Part shown: piece after piece, positions 9,931 through 19,268 of the stretch
Layout of the letters: each line of letters begins with the position of its first letter
Numbering within the stretch: the stretch's first letter is position 1
Assembly (NCBI GenBank): GCA_049515895.1
Contig: JBEKTQ010000005.1
Span: forward strand, 1-64,000
DNA length: 64,000 nt
Direction of reading: 5' to 3'
Origin: Candidatus Bathyarchaeia archaeon
GTDB lineage: Archaea; Thermoproteota; Bathyarchaeia; Bathyarchaeales; Bathycorpusculaceae
The notes under the pieces: generated by a model
Databases searched by the model: none
What the model saw: the letters and a program-made list of their open reading frames with translations, nothing else
What the model was told of the DNA's origin: nothing
Position numbers and translations under genes: made by a program

Positions 9931-10053
9931 ATGTCACTGTTAAGAAGATTTTACAATTTTTACAAGAAGATGTTGTGGGATTTTCTCGGCGTCGGGCTGG
10001 GAATCTCAGCTTGTTATTTGATCCATGTTACATTGATGTTTTTCCACGTTTAA
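9931..10053 (+). CDS. Possible small membrane peptide
   Basis: MSLLRRFYNFYKKMLWDFLGVGLGISACYLIHVTLMFFHV; basic N-terminus plus one TM; start uncertain. Confidence 0.3.
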   Translation: MSLLRRFYNFYKKMLWDFLGVGLGISACYLIHVTLMFFHV

Positions 10054-10226
10054 ACCGGGATCTCAAAAAGATGGTTTGAGTTTGTTTTATCTGAATGTAC
10101 TAGGGCAGCTGACAGAGACAGATAGACACAGACACACTAAACTGGTGCCAGCGGGAACTGGAATGAAGCCTTATGCATTTGGGTTTGGGGGGTAAGGCTT
10201 TAATGCAAAAGAGCAATTAACGTTCT

Positions 10227-10823
10227 ATGAAGCCTATGATCCTTGGAATTTGTGGTAGCCCTAGAGAGCAAGCGACAGAGTATGTTTTGAAGGAAGCCCT
10301 GAGGCTGTTGGGCGAGAAAGGGTTTGAAACCCAGTTTTGGACTGTGCGGGGAAAATGGGTTGACTTTTGCGCGCATTGCGATTACTGCCTCCAAAGCAAG
10401 GAATGCGTTGTCCAAGATGACGTGCAAGAACTTTACACGTTACTCACCGAGGCAAAAGGCATAATCTTTGCGTCGCCCGTGTACAACGGTGGGGTAAGTG
10501 CTCAAGTAAAAGCGTTGATGGATAGGACACGCGCGCTTGTTGCTGCAGACAAGGATGTTTTCAAAGGCAAAATCGGGATGGGCATCGTGGTCGGCGGCGA
10601 TAGAAACGGCGGACAAGAATTTGCGCTTATGCAGATTCACTCGTTCTACATAATTAACGGAATGATACCCGTAGGCGGGGGGTTTTTCGGCGCCAACTTG
10701 GGAGCGACTTTCTGGAGCAAAGACACTCTTGAAGGAGTTAAGGCAGACGAGGAAGGCTTTAGAAGCCTAAAGAAGACAATCAAAAAGTTTGCAGCCTTCA
10801 TGGAAGAACCTAAAGAAAAGTAG
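10227..10823 (+). CDS. Iron-sulfur flavoprotein (Isf) / NADPH-dependent FMN reductase family
   Basis: GICGSPR, CxxCxxCx5C, ASPVYNG, GGDRNGGQE. Confidence 0.88.
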   Translation: MKPMILGICGSPREQATEYVLKEALRLLGEKGFETQFWTVRGKWVDFCAHCDYCLQSKECVVQDDVQELYTLLTEAKGIIFASPVYNGGVSAQVKALMDRTRALVAADKDVFKGKIGMGIVVGGDRNGGQEFALMQIHSFYIINGMIPVGGGFFGANLGATFWSKDTLEGVKADEEGFRSLKKTIKKFAAFMEEPKEK

Positions 10824-10835
10824 CAGGTAAATGTT

Positions 10836-11423
10836 GTGACTGAAAACCTTAAAGTTAAGAAGCCCAAGATTGCCTGGGGAATAACTGGCGCAGGCGACAA
10901 AATCGCTGAAATAGTCGAAGTCATGAAGGATCTAAAGAAGCAATCGGAAGATCAAGTGGAGATCGACGTGTACATCTCCAAAGCCGCCGACACCATGCTT
11001 AAATTTTATAGGCTAGAAGACGAAATCAAAAAGAACTTCCCCAAAGTCATGGTTGAAATCAACGCAAATTCGCCTTTCCTCGCAGCATCGCTTCAAAGCG
11101 GCAAATACGAATTCCTGCTCATCGCGCCAGCCTCCTCGAACACTGTGGCTAAAATCGTCAACAGCATAAGCGACACCATGCTCACCAACGCTGCAATCAT
11201 GAGCCTCAAAGCCTTCCGACCCGTGTACATTTTGCCAACCGACTACAGGGAAAGCGTAGTTTCCACGATTCTTCCAAATGGCAAAGAAATGAAGCTAAGG
11301 GTCCGCAAAGAAGAAGCTGACCAAGTTCGGAAGCTAGAGAAAACGGACGACGTGCACGTGCTGGAAAGTCCTCAAAGGATGAGAGAAACCATTTTGGACT
11401 TGCTAAGAACTCTAAAGTCCTAA
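10836..11423 (+). CDS. afpA: Archaeoflavoprotein AfpA-like (HFCD flavoprotein family)
   Basis: IAWGITGAGD, ANSPFLA, APASSNTVAKI, ILPTD, KLRVRKE. Confidence 0.8.
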   Translation: MTENLKVKKPKIAWGITGAGDKIAEIVEVMKDLKKQSEDQVEIDVYISKAADTMLKFYRLEDEIKKNFPKVMVEINANSPFLAASLQSGKYEFLLIAPASSNTVAKIVNSISDTMLTNAAIMSLKAFRPVYILPTDYRESVVSTILPNGKEMKLRVRKEEADQVRKLEKTDDVHVLESPQRMRETILDLLRTLKS

Positions 11424-11650
11424 ATCATCAATTCTTTTAAGAAGGCTTTTATTTGCTTGTACAGCCTACCCCCCGGTTCACTGTATGTGCCAAATAGGTG
11501 CGTCTAGATGTGCCAAATAGGCAATCAGGCAAGATAGCTTGCTCTTAATAATATGACCTAGAGAAACTCAAGGCTCTCTCAAGCTGATCAAGACAGCAGT
11601 AACGACTTTACAATACGCAGCTCGACGCTATTACAAACAGTTTTCTTTTG

Positions 11651-12865
11651 TTATGGCTTGTGTATGTATTTATTCAGTAGCGCTTTCTTGTTTACGACGT
11701 TGAGTTGTTTGAATAGAAAATCAAACTTTGCCTCAATTTCACTTGCGATTGCATCGCGCGTCTCTTGTGGCAGCCGTATAATTTCCTTCTTGAATGGACC
11801 CAACCCCTTTTTACGTGTTTTATAGAGGAATTGATCTTCGGTTTCGCCTTGCTTAGCCTCGCTTGCAGCGTTGACTTTTAGCCACGCATAGATTTTCTCT
11901 TTTAGATTTTCGGGGAAGTGCTTTGATTCGTAAATCATGTTTTGGAACTCTGTGGCCAAGTGTACTTCAGCGGTTTCGCATTCGACAAACTTGTGGAATG
12001 CTTCAGGAGGAAGGGTAGATGCACCATGCTGAACCGCTCCCGCTAAACCATATCTTTTACGGGCAATTTCTGAGAGAGTTTTTAGAGTGTTGAAGTCAAG
12101 GCTGATTTGCTTTATGGATCCGTCGGGGAGAACGATGCCACCATGGGTTGTTCCTGTCTGAACTGAAATTTTGCTGATGCTAGCTAACCCTTTTGGAAGC
12201 TTGTCTTTGAGGCCAGCCATGAAAACATGCAGGTCATCGGGAGTCGAATTTTGATGGCCAATTTCGCCGATTTCCCCGCCTACCGAAATCCGAATTTCTT
12301 TGGGTTCGAGACCGCGTATGAATTGAGTGAGTTTTGCGCAGACTTCATAATTTAGGAGCTGTTGCTCTCTGTAGGTTGGTTTGGTTAAATCAACAAGTGT
12401 TGAGGAGTCTATGTCGATATTGTAGAATCCCGAACTTATGGCATCGCCAATTAAAGTTTGCAAGCTTTCAATTTCTTTCTGGGGATTTTCTTTGTATTTG
12501 GCGGAGTTGGCCTGAAAATGGTCTCCTTGGATAAATACTGCCCCCGAATAGCCTTCTTTTATTGCAGCTGCCATAACCATGCTTGCGAATTCAATCGGCG
12601 GCTGATTGGTATATCCGATTTCGGAGCGGGCAATCTCGAAGATGAACGCGCCAGAATCATTTTTGGTAGCTACTCGAAATATTGCGCGAGCCAAATCATA
12701 AGTCATGCTGCGCAAATTTATGGCGGGAACTGTGAAACCTGAGAATTCGCCTCTGCCCCGGGCCATATAAAATTCTTGGATGCTTGCAGGATAAATCCCT
12801 CTCTCAGAAGCAGCGTTAAAAATTCTTTGAGCTAATAACATCTTTTTTGAAACGTCATCTTCCAA
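11651..12865 (-). CDS. Class II fructose-bisphosphate aldolase family protein
   Basis: VPAINLR, FIQGDHFQ, GGEIGEIG, VQTGTTHGG, AVQHGASTLP, HLATEFQ; start uncertain. Confidence 0.85.
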   Translation of the reverse strand: MEDDVSKKMLLAQRIFNAASERGIYPASIQEFYMARGRGEFSGFTVPAINLRSMTYDLARAIFRVATKNDSGAFIFEIARSEIGYTNQPPIEFASMVMAAAIKEGYSGAVFIQGDHFQANSAKYKENPQKEIESLQTLIGDAISSGFYNIDIDSSTLVDLTKPTYREQQLLNYEVCAKLTQFIRGLEPKEIRISVGGEIGEIGHQNSTPDDLHVFMAGLKDKLPKGLASISKISVQTGTTHGGIVLPDGSIKQISLDFNTLKTLSEIARKRYGLAGAVQHGASTLPPEAFHKFVECETAEVHLATEFQNMIYESKHFPENLKEKIYAWLKVNAASEAKQGETEDQFLYKTRKKGLGPFKKEIIRLPQETRDAIASEIEAKFDFLFKQLNVVNKKALLNKYIHKP

Positions 12866-13085
12866 AACTATTTCTGTTACTGTTTTCTCAACATCAATCG
12901 ATTCGGCTCTGATAATCTCACATCCCTAAGTGATGCCTAACCTTATGAGCCATATTTCTCTTATTTGAATATTAAGCCTTGCTGGGCGCTAGCTTGGTTA
13001 AGTAGTTGCGCTTAATGACTCTGCCTTGTTTTGCCAGCTTGATGATTTGACTTCTCTAAAGATTAATATTGTTTCAGTGGCTTAG

Positions 13086-13616
13086 TTGGATAACATGTCT
13101 TTTCATGTCAGACGCAAAGATAGAGAAATAACTGACCCGAAAGAAATACGGGAAATCTTAAAGTCAACCCAATATGTCACCGTCGCTTTCTGCAAGGATA
13201 ACGAACCCTACCTTGTCTCATTAAGCCACGGTTACGACGAATCAAAAAATTGCCTCTACTTTCATTGTGCACCCGAAGGAAAGAAACTTATCTACTTGAA
13301 ATCGAACAACAGGGTTTGGGGTCAGGCAGTGCAGGATTTTGGCGTAACTGACGAATGTGACTACGTCTACAGTTCAGTCCATTTCTGCGGCAAAATGACG
13401 CTAATAGACGACCTCAAAGAGAAGCAGCACGCGATTGAGGTGCTTGTTCATCAGCTTTCCCTTGATCCTGAGAAGAAATTGGCGAACCTAAAGACGGAGA
13501 AACTGGAGAAGACAACGATTGGCAGAATAAACATCGAGTATTTGACCGGCAAAAAAGGTTCCCCGAACAAGGAAAGACTTCTGGACCTGAAAAATTCGGT
13601 CTTTCGAAGAAAATAG
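13086..13616 (+). CDS. Pyridoxamine 5'-phosphate oxidase-like (NimA family) flavin-binding protein
   Basis: RRKDREI, PYLVSLSHGYD, LYFHCAPEGKK, SSVHFCG, LTGK. Confidence 0.85.
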   Translation: MDNMSFHVRRKDREITDPKEIREILKSTQYVTVAFCKDNEPYLVSLSHGYDESKNCLYFHCAPEGKKLIYLKSNNRVWGQAVQDFGVTDECDYVYSSVHFCGKMTLIDDLKEKQHAIEVLVHQLSLDPEKKLANLKTEKLEKTTIGRINIEYLTGKKGSPNKERLLDLKNSVFRRK

Positions 13617-13627
13617 ACTATGGCAAA

Positions 13628-15532
13628 TTAAGTTCCGATTTGGGATAGGTCAACTTGGTAAATCTCTAGGTTTTGGTTTGTGTAGACAGGTTTCAGCCAG
13701 CTGATTGCATTAAACCTTGCTGTACAGCCAGGATAATAGTGCGATTCATCGTTGCCGACGTACACGTATGAAACCTTATACTCCTTGACAACAGCTTCCA
13801 GCTGAGTTGCATTGCCTGTGTATGCGTTGTCAATGTCGCTTTGGCGCTGGTAAATCCTGTTGAGCGGAATTCCCCATCCGTAGGGCCAATTGATGTAGGA
13901 TGAGACCGTGAGTCTTCCGCCTATAAAGGCTGGAGGACACTGTATAGAGTAATAAGTTAAGAAAACTGAGTCTTGCGGCGTGTTGCTCCGTACCCATAGC
14001 CCGAGCTGATATTCAGGCCAAGTTGCCGCCGTATAGTTTGTTCCAAAATTGTAAATCAACACGCTTACTGAAGCTAAAATCGAAAGCAAAACCAATATCA
14101 CAATCACAATTTTTCTTGTTTTAGACAACATCACACCAGCCAAAACGGCGATCGGGATCCAAGCGAAAATAAAGAATTTGTACATGTCCCAAGGGTTGGG
14201 CGTGATCAATAGGACGTTAGGGATCAGCACCAGAAAAAGCATTGTACCTTTCAAGTATTCGTTTCCGGATTTCACAAAAGAAATGATTGCAATTACGAAG
14301 GGTACTCCGAGGTTCAAGAGATAGTAGAGCGGCGGATCCTTGGCGAAATTAGAAATCCAAGCCATGCTCAGCGAGATTGTAGCTGGAGGCCCATTGTGGA
14401 AAATAAAGGGCAGGGCTAAAGCGGTCGGCAATACGAAGTAAAGGCAGTTAGACAGTTTAAACTGCTTGACATTAAACAGTACCGCGATGACGAAAGCGAG
14501 ATAGCAACATAGGAACCCAACGTTGTGGAACTCAAAAAGCAAGCCCGTCATTATGCCAGCCAGCAGGAGCCGATTTCTGCTATTCATGTCCCTTAATAGC
14601 GCCAAAACAATGGCGAACACGGGCAAGGCTATGAGAAGTGGTCTCTGCTGAAGCAAATTGTCAAATATGGGTGGCAAGCCGAAGGTTTGGCCATATTGAT
14701 AGGCATAGTTTTGCGTTGCATCAAAATGCCCTGTAAACAACGCGTTGAAGAGACCCGAGTAGCTTAAACCCCAGCCGAACGTCGCTATCACCGTTGCGAT
14801 GATAGCAGCTCGTCTACCGTTTGGCCTGGTCAAAGCATATATTGCAAGTCCAAAAACAAGTATGAAAACTGCGTTTAGGAAGGGCAAAAGCTGTGGGAGG
14901 TAACCGAAAACATTTTCGATGATGGCGGTGTGGAAATCGACGAAGTAGTAGTAGGTCATCGGTACCCCCGCAAAATTAGGCATCTGCGGAGGAAAATTCC
15001 CGTTGTTTACGCTCTCAATAATCTCGTAGTGAAGCGGCGTGTCCTGCCAGTTTGACCCCGTCAAAACAATCCCATACGGACTGCCGCGCCAAACGCTGAG
15101 AAATAAAACAATGATAGCAATTGCGAAAATTACAGCAAATAAGAGAAGACTTGTCTTTTTAATCTGCTTAAAGCGAAGGAACTTCGGCGGCTGCAGCGGT
15201 TCACCCTTCCAGTAAACCACCACCGCATAAATGGCTGTCAACGCTAAGAAACTGAAAAGTATTGTTTGCCTTGAGTAGCCAATCGCCAAGGACAGGTAGT
15301 AAATGAATTCGACGGAGACTAAAACGCTAAAAAGCGGAACGAAAGCCCAAATCTCATGGGACTTGAGCTTGAAGAATCGGTAGCCTATCAAGCCTGGAAC
15401 CAGGAAAGTGAAGACGAAGGCGGCGAAAAGGGCAATGTAGATGGAGGGAAACGACGCTACTGCGAGAATCAACAGGAGGAGGCAGACCCAGTACCTTTTC
15501 AGAACCGACGAAGCTTCAGTGTTTCTTAACAC
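13628..15532 (-). CDS. Polytopic membrane protein, GT-C-like glycosyltransferase candidate
   Basis: Many TM segments, lumenal WQDTPLH..FPPQMP loop, C-terminal soluble domain with YVYVG. Confidence 0.65.
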   Translation of the reverse strand: MLRNTEASSVLKRYWVCLLLLILAVASFPSIYIALFAAFVFTFLVPGLIGYRFFKLKSHEIWAFVPLFSVLVSVEFIYYLSLAIGYSRQTILFSFLALTAIYAVVVYWKGEPLQPPKFLRFKQIKKTSLLLFAVIFAIAIIVLFLSVWRGSPYGIVLTGSNWQDTPLHYEIIESVNNGNFPPQMPNFAGVPMTYYYFVDFHTAIIENVFGYLPQLLPFLNAVFILVFGLAIYALTRPNGRRAAIIATVIATFGWGLSYSGLFNALFTGHFDATQNYAYQYGQTFGLPPIFDNLLQQRPLLIALPVFAIVLALLRDMNSRNRLLLAGIMTGLLFEFHNVGFLCCYLAFVIAVLFNVKQFKLSNCLYFVLPTALALPFIFHNGPPATISLSMAWISNFAKDPPLYYLLNLGVPFVIAIISFVKSGNEYLKGTMLFLVLIPNVLLITPNPWDMYKFFIFAWIPIAVLAGVMLSKTRKIVIVILVLLSILASVSVLIYNFGTNYTAATWPEYQLGLWVRSNTPQDSVFLTYYSIQCPPAFIGGRLTVSSYINWPYGWGIPLNRIYQRQSDIDNAYTGNATQLEAVVKEYKVSYVYVGNDESHYYPGCTARFNAISWLKPVYTNQNLEIYQVDLSQIGT

Positions 15533-15699
15533 CTCTCCTCACCCCCCACAACCAACAATCAAGCAGCAGCGTATTAAAATTACGCATACAACCGTTGTTT
15601 ACGCGACACTACAGTTCTCTTCGGCCATTTTGCTATTTTTGTTTTACTAGGCGTTCATCGATGTAAAGCTTAAGTGGTGGAGCTACATCTATTAACAAG

Positions 15700-16641
15700 A
15701 TGATAGACAACAAAAGAGTCAAACTTTCTAAAGAAAAACAGAAAGAGTTGATTGAAAAAGCAAAGACAACCACTGGACTATCATGGCCTGCACTTGCAGA
15801 ACTTTTGAACCTTCATTCGCATTACCTTAGCCACGAATTAAGAAACGGGACATGCACCCTTTCGATTTCCACATTTCTCCGGCTATGCCTTATTACAGGA
15901 ACAAAGTTTGACGAAGATACCCTTCAAATAATCTCGTCTAATTGGGGACAAAAAATCGGAGGCCTAAAAGGTGGTGGTGGAAAGCCAAAGAAAACTGAAA
16001 TTCTCGTAGATAAATCAGAGGATCTGGCTGAGATTCTTGGGTTGATTTTAGGCGATGGGCACATTGACAAATCCGTTAAATCGGGGCAATACGCAATAAA
16101 AATATGCGGTGGCGAAGATGACATAGAGTATCTTCAATCTTGCGTTTCCCCATTATTCTTAAGGGTATTTGGAAAAAGACTCAAAAGTTTTAGATTTAAG
16201 AAAGCTATGGCCGTGATGTACTATATCAATGACAAAGCAATTGTTTTTACTTTAGAACATTACGGTCTCAAAGCCGGAAATAAAAAAGAGAACAATGTTC
16301 AAATTCCATCATGGATTTTTGAGAACAACAATCAACTTAGAGCGTGTTTACGGGGGTTATTTGACACTGATGGAACGGTTTTTCCCAAATCATCCAATCA
16401 TAACTCACCCCAGTTGGAATTAACATCCAAGATCGAGGGTATTCAAAGAACGTTCAGGCAAGGGCTGCTACAATTAGGTTACGAACCAAGCAAATGGTCT
16501 GATTCGGGTTCACCTAAATGTGGTTTGTATGCAAAATGCCAAGTTGAGAAGTATGCAAAAGAGATAGGCTTCCACAATCCAAAACTTGAAAAACGTTTCG
16601 AAAGTATTCTCAGGAGAAATTCAAAAAAAATGAACGGATAA
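15700..16641 (+). CDS. Free-standing double-motif LAGLIDADG endonuclease-like protein with N-terminal HTH
   Basis: LAEILGLILGDG and CLRGLFDTDG motifs, IPSWIF, EIGFHNP; N-terminal SWPALAELLNL HTH-like segment. Confidence 0.85.
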   Translation: MIDNKRVKLSKEKQKELIEKAKTTTGLSWPALAELLNLHSHYLSHELRNGTCTLSISTFLRLCLITGTKFDEDTLQIISSNWGQKIGGLKGGGGKPKKTEILVDKSEDLAEILGLILGDGHIDKSVKSGQYAIKICGGEDDIEYLQSCVSPLFLRVFGKRLKSFRFKKAMAVMYYINDKAIVFTLEHYGLKAGNKKENNVQIPSWIFENNNQLRACLRGLFDTDGTVFPKSSNHNSPQLELTSKIEGIQRTFRQGLLQLGYEPSKWSDSGSPKCGLYAKCQVEKYAKEIGFHNPKLEKRFESILRRNSKKMNG

Positions 16642-16686
16642 AAACTTAAGTATCACGCTTTCGATTAATCACTTCGGCACTCAAAA

Positions 16687-16790
16687 GCCCAGGTAGTATA
16701 GTTCGGTCTCGACATGAATTCTTTCATGTTGCCGAAGCAGTATATGCGGCTGTCGCCCGCAGGACCCGGGTCCAAATCCCGGCCTGGGCG
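16687..16790 (+). tRNA. tRNA-Asp(GTC) with 29-nt non-canonical D-loop intron (16709-16737)
   Basis: Acceptor GCCCAGG/CCTGGGC, discriminator G, anticodon stem TGCGG/CCGCA with GTC at 16752-16754, T arm CCGGG-TCCAAAT-CCCGG; bulge-helix-bulge: TCGG/CCGA helix, TCT and AGC bulges. Confidence 0.93.
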
Positions 16791-16941
16791 CTTTTATTCC
16801 TCTAATTCAACTTATTTTTCAAAATTAGTCTGGAATCAAGACAGTTTTTCTCAAAGATTAATTCGAGCTTTATATGTGTTCCCAACAATAATTTTGCGTG
16901 GCAAATTGTTGCAAGTATTTAGAAAACACAGGCTGCTTAGG

Positions 16942-18543
16942 TTAGAACCCACGTTTTGAACCCATACTCTCTTTAGGCGTTGTGCGCGTTTGTGCTTTTT
17001 TGGTAAGAACAATGGCTAAGCCTGTTGCAGTTAGAACGAGCAGCAAACCCGTATTTGTAGTGAATTCGGGAACTGAGTTTGTGGGAGTTGGGGATTTCGC
17101 AGACGTCGCGCTGGTTGTTGGAATCGGTTGACTTATAGCACTTGATGATGTTGCGGCTTCTGGAGTGAATTGCCATACGTCAGCCGAGTCGGGCCTGAAT
17201 ATGTTGTGTCCTCCGCCGAAAGTGTACAAGGTATTGCCTACCACTGTAGCTACTAACCCTGCTCGGTCTACCATCATAGGTGTGGCTTGACTCCAGGTGT
17301 TGTTGGTTGGGAAGTAGACTTGAGTGATGGCTTGTGCTTCGAGCGGGTTGGATGCCCATGCGCCGTTAACAACGTAGAGGTCGGTTGAGCCGTCGTTGCC
17401 TGTTAGGACGGCGGCGGCTGAACTTGGGGCGCTGATTGGAATGGGAGTTGCTTGGCTCCACGTGTTTGTTTGTGGATCGTAGACCTGCGTCAGGTTTGTG
17501 ACTGAGGCGATGCCGATATTTCCTGTGTAGCCGGATATGATGTAGATTTTTCCGTCTGCAACGGTCGAAGCGTAGTTGCAGACGCCAACAGGTATAGGTG
17601 CGTAGGATGTCCACGTGTCAGTTGCTGGATCATAGGCTTCGTTCGCGTTAGAGGCCACATTTTGCCCTTCTCCCCCGATGAGATAGATTTTCCCTCCCAC
17701 CACGTTAGCCTGTAGGTCTGTGCGTGGGGTGGGCATTGGTGTCTTGGCGGTCCACATGTCCGTTTTTGGATCATACACATAGTTTGCTGAACCGCCTATC
17801 GCATAAATCAAGCCGTTGCAGGCGGCGGTGCCAAACGATTGCATCGCGATTGGTAAAGGAGCCCTCTGCATCCACAAGCCGCCTGGAACCCAAGCTTCCA
17901 CTTCGTTAGTCGGGACAGTTGTGAATTCGTTTCCTTCGGCCTGAGTGTGGCTACCGCCCAACACGTAAATGACGCCGTTAACTACTGCAGCTCCTGCTTC
18001 ACATCGTGACTGTATCATGGGCGTCTGCTGCGTCCAAGTGCCCTTGTTTTGGTATGCTGATGCTGGCATGATATTGCCTATGTTGAAGTACATTTGAGAG
18101 CTGCTTTGTGAGTCAGGCGACTGAATCGTGACGTTCAATGAGTGGTAGGTTAAAGATGAGGCGGTGAATGTACCGCTGTAAGTGCAGTTGTCCTCGTGAA
18201 CCCAGTTATTGTAAATGGGATCAGTGAATGCTTGAGCTCCAGCGAGCTGCACGAACGTGAGGTTCTGCCAGGCGTCGCCGTCTACACTGAACTGGCACAA
18301 TGTGCTTTGGATTAGGCTGGTGATTTGGTCGTCGGCGGAGGAATTTGAGCGGTAATTAATCTGAGCCGTCACCACCAGAGAAATTGTTGCCTTGGCAGGT
18401 TCGTGGCTAGTTGGCGATTGAATCCAGACTTGAGCGCCATAAGTGCCAAGCGCTCGAGCGGAATCGACAAGCTGAAACCCAAGCGTAAAGGAAGCCGCAA
18501 GCGCTATAACCATGATTAGGCGGGAAATCATTTTGACCATCAT
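16942..18543 (-). CDS. Secreted Kelch-repeat (beta-propeller) surface protein with PEF-type C-terminal sorting signal
   Basis: Signal peptide, about six IY..GG...YDP...W repeats, Ser/Thr linker, VPEF + TM + basic tail. Confidence 0.88.
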   Translation of the reverse strand: MMVKMISRLIMVIALAASFTLGFQLVDSARALGTYGAQVWIQSPTSHEPAKATISLVVTAQINYRSNSSADDQITSLIQSTLCQFSVDGDAWQNLTFVQLAGAQAFTDPIYNNWVHEDNCTYSGTFTASSLTYHSLNVTIQSPDSQSSSQMYFNIGNIMPASAYQNKGTWTQQTPMIQSRCEAGAAVVNGVIYVLGGSHTQAEGNEFTTVPTNEVEAWVPGGLWMQRAPLPIAMQSFGTAACNGLIYAIGGSANYVYDPKTDMWTAKTPMPTPRTDLQANVVGGKIYLIGGEGQNVASNANEAYDPATDTWTSYAPIPVGVCNYASTVADGKIYIISGYTGNIGIASVTNLTQVYDPQTNTWSQATPIPISAPSSAAAVLTGNDGSTDLYVVNGAWASNPLEAQAITQVYFPTNNTWSQATPMMVDRAGLVATVVGNTLYTFGGGHNIFRPDSADVWQFTPEAATSSSAISQPIPTTSATSAKSPTPTNSVPEFTTNTGLLLVLTATGLAIVLTKKAQTRTTPKESMGSKRGF

Positions 18544-18701
18544 CTTTGACCATCACTAGCATATAATGCGTCGCCCGAGTTAACTCTCCCCGGAGAACAC
18601 CATGTTCCCCAAGAAGAACAGCCAACTTCCCACAAACTCCGGATTCATTTCCGACAACCAGCAAGCATAGTTTGGATCTAATTTGCCAAAATAAGCTAAA
18701 A

Positions 18702-18724
18702 GTGGGGCCGCTAGGATTTGAACC
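18702..18724 (-). other. Isolated tRNA 3'-end fragment (Pro/Trp-like), att-site-like remnant
   Basis: Minus strand GGTTCAAATCCTAGCGGCCCCAC = T loop + 3' T stem + acceptor strand; no 5' half nearby. Confidence 0.65.
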
Positions 18725-18853
18725 CACTATTTTCTTGTTTAGTAGACCCATTGTTTTCCATTTTTACTGGTATATTTGCGATAGGATACCCTTTTCAGCA
18801 GCTTGCCAGATTCCCATACAGACTTTCCGAGTTGTAACCCGAGTGTGGACCTA

Positions 18854-18866
18854 GGCCTGGGCGCCA
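18854..18866 (+). repeat. Direct repeat of tRNA-Asp 3' end (attR-like)
   Basis: GGCCTGGGCGC identical to 16781-16791 and continuing as ...GCG-CCA. Confidence 0.55.
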
Positions 18867-18957
18867 CTTCAACTGTTTTTCAGGATTTTCAATACAAATA
18901 GCAGGTCAAGATTATCCTTTCATAATTGATAAATGACGCGCCCCAGTAAAGCAGTGT

Positions 18958-19164
18958 ATGATTGTAATGGAAACCAAGCAAGAAACGCAGATTCCTTGTG
19001 TCAAGTGTCGGTCTTATAACGCTAAACTCGGGAAGTTCTCGTGCAAACCCCACGTCTGCAAGGAGTTGTCGGCGTGGCTTCTGAAGTGTGTGCCTGAGCT
19101 TGCTCCTGACCCAGCGGAAACTGGTTTGCAGCCCCAAATGGTCGCTATTCCATACGTGGTCTAA
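18958..19164 (+). CDS. Small Cys-rich (putative Zn-binding) hypothetical protein
   Basis: CxxC...Cx4C pattern in 68 aa. Confidence 0.6.
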   Translation: MIVMETKQETQIPCVKCRSYNAKLGKFSCKPHVCKELSAWLLKCVPELAPDPAETGLQPQMVAIPYVV

Positions 19165-19268
19165 AGTGGCGGGATCCACTCCTTCAGCTCATATTTATCC
19201 AATTGAATTTGTTGTTACTGCCCTGTAACCACAAAACTATACAATAGGAAAAGCCTATTTTTAATAGT

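Noticed and set aside
10110-10137. GACA-type microsatellite
   Set aside because: Short, degenerate and without context suggesting phase variation.
16714-16959. 81-aa ORF
   Set aside because: Starts inside the tRNA-Asp intron; shadow ORF.
18702-18870. Complete multi-intron or split tRNA on the minus strand
   Set aside because: No GGGGCCG 5' acceptor strand, D arm or anticodon arm upstream. The CTACTA/TAGTGG hairpin has no bulge-helix-bulge geometry.
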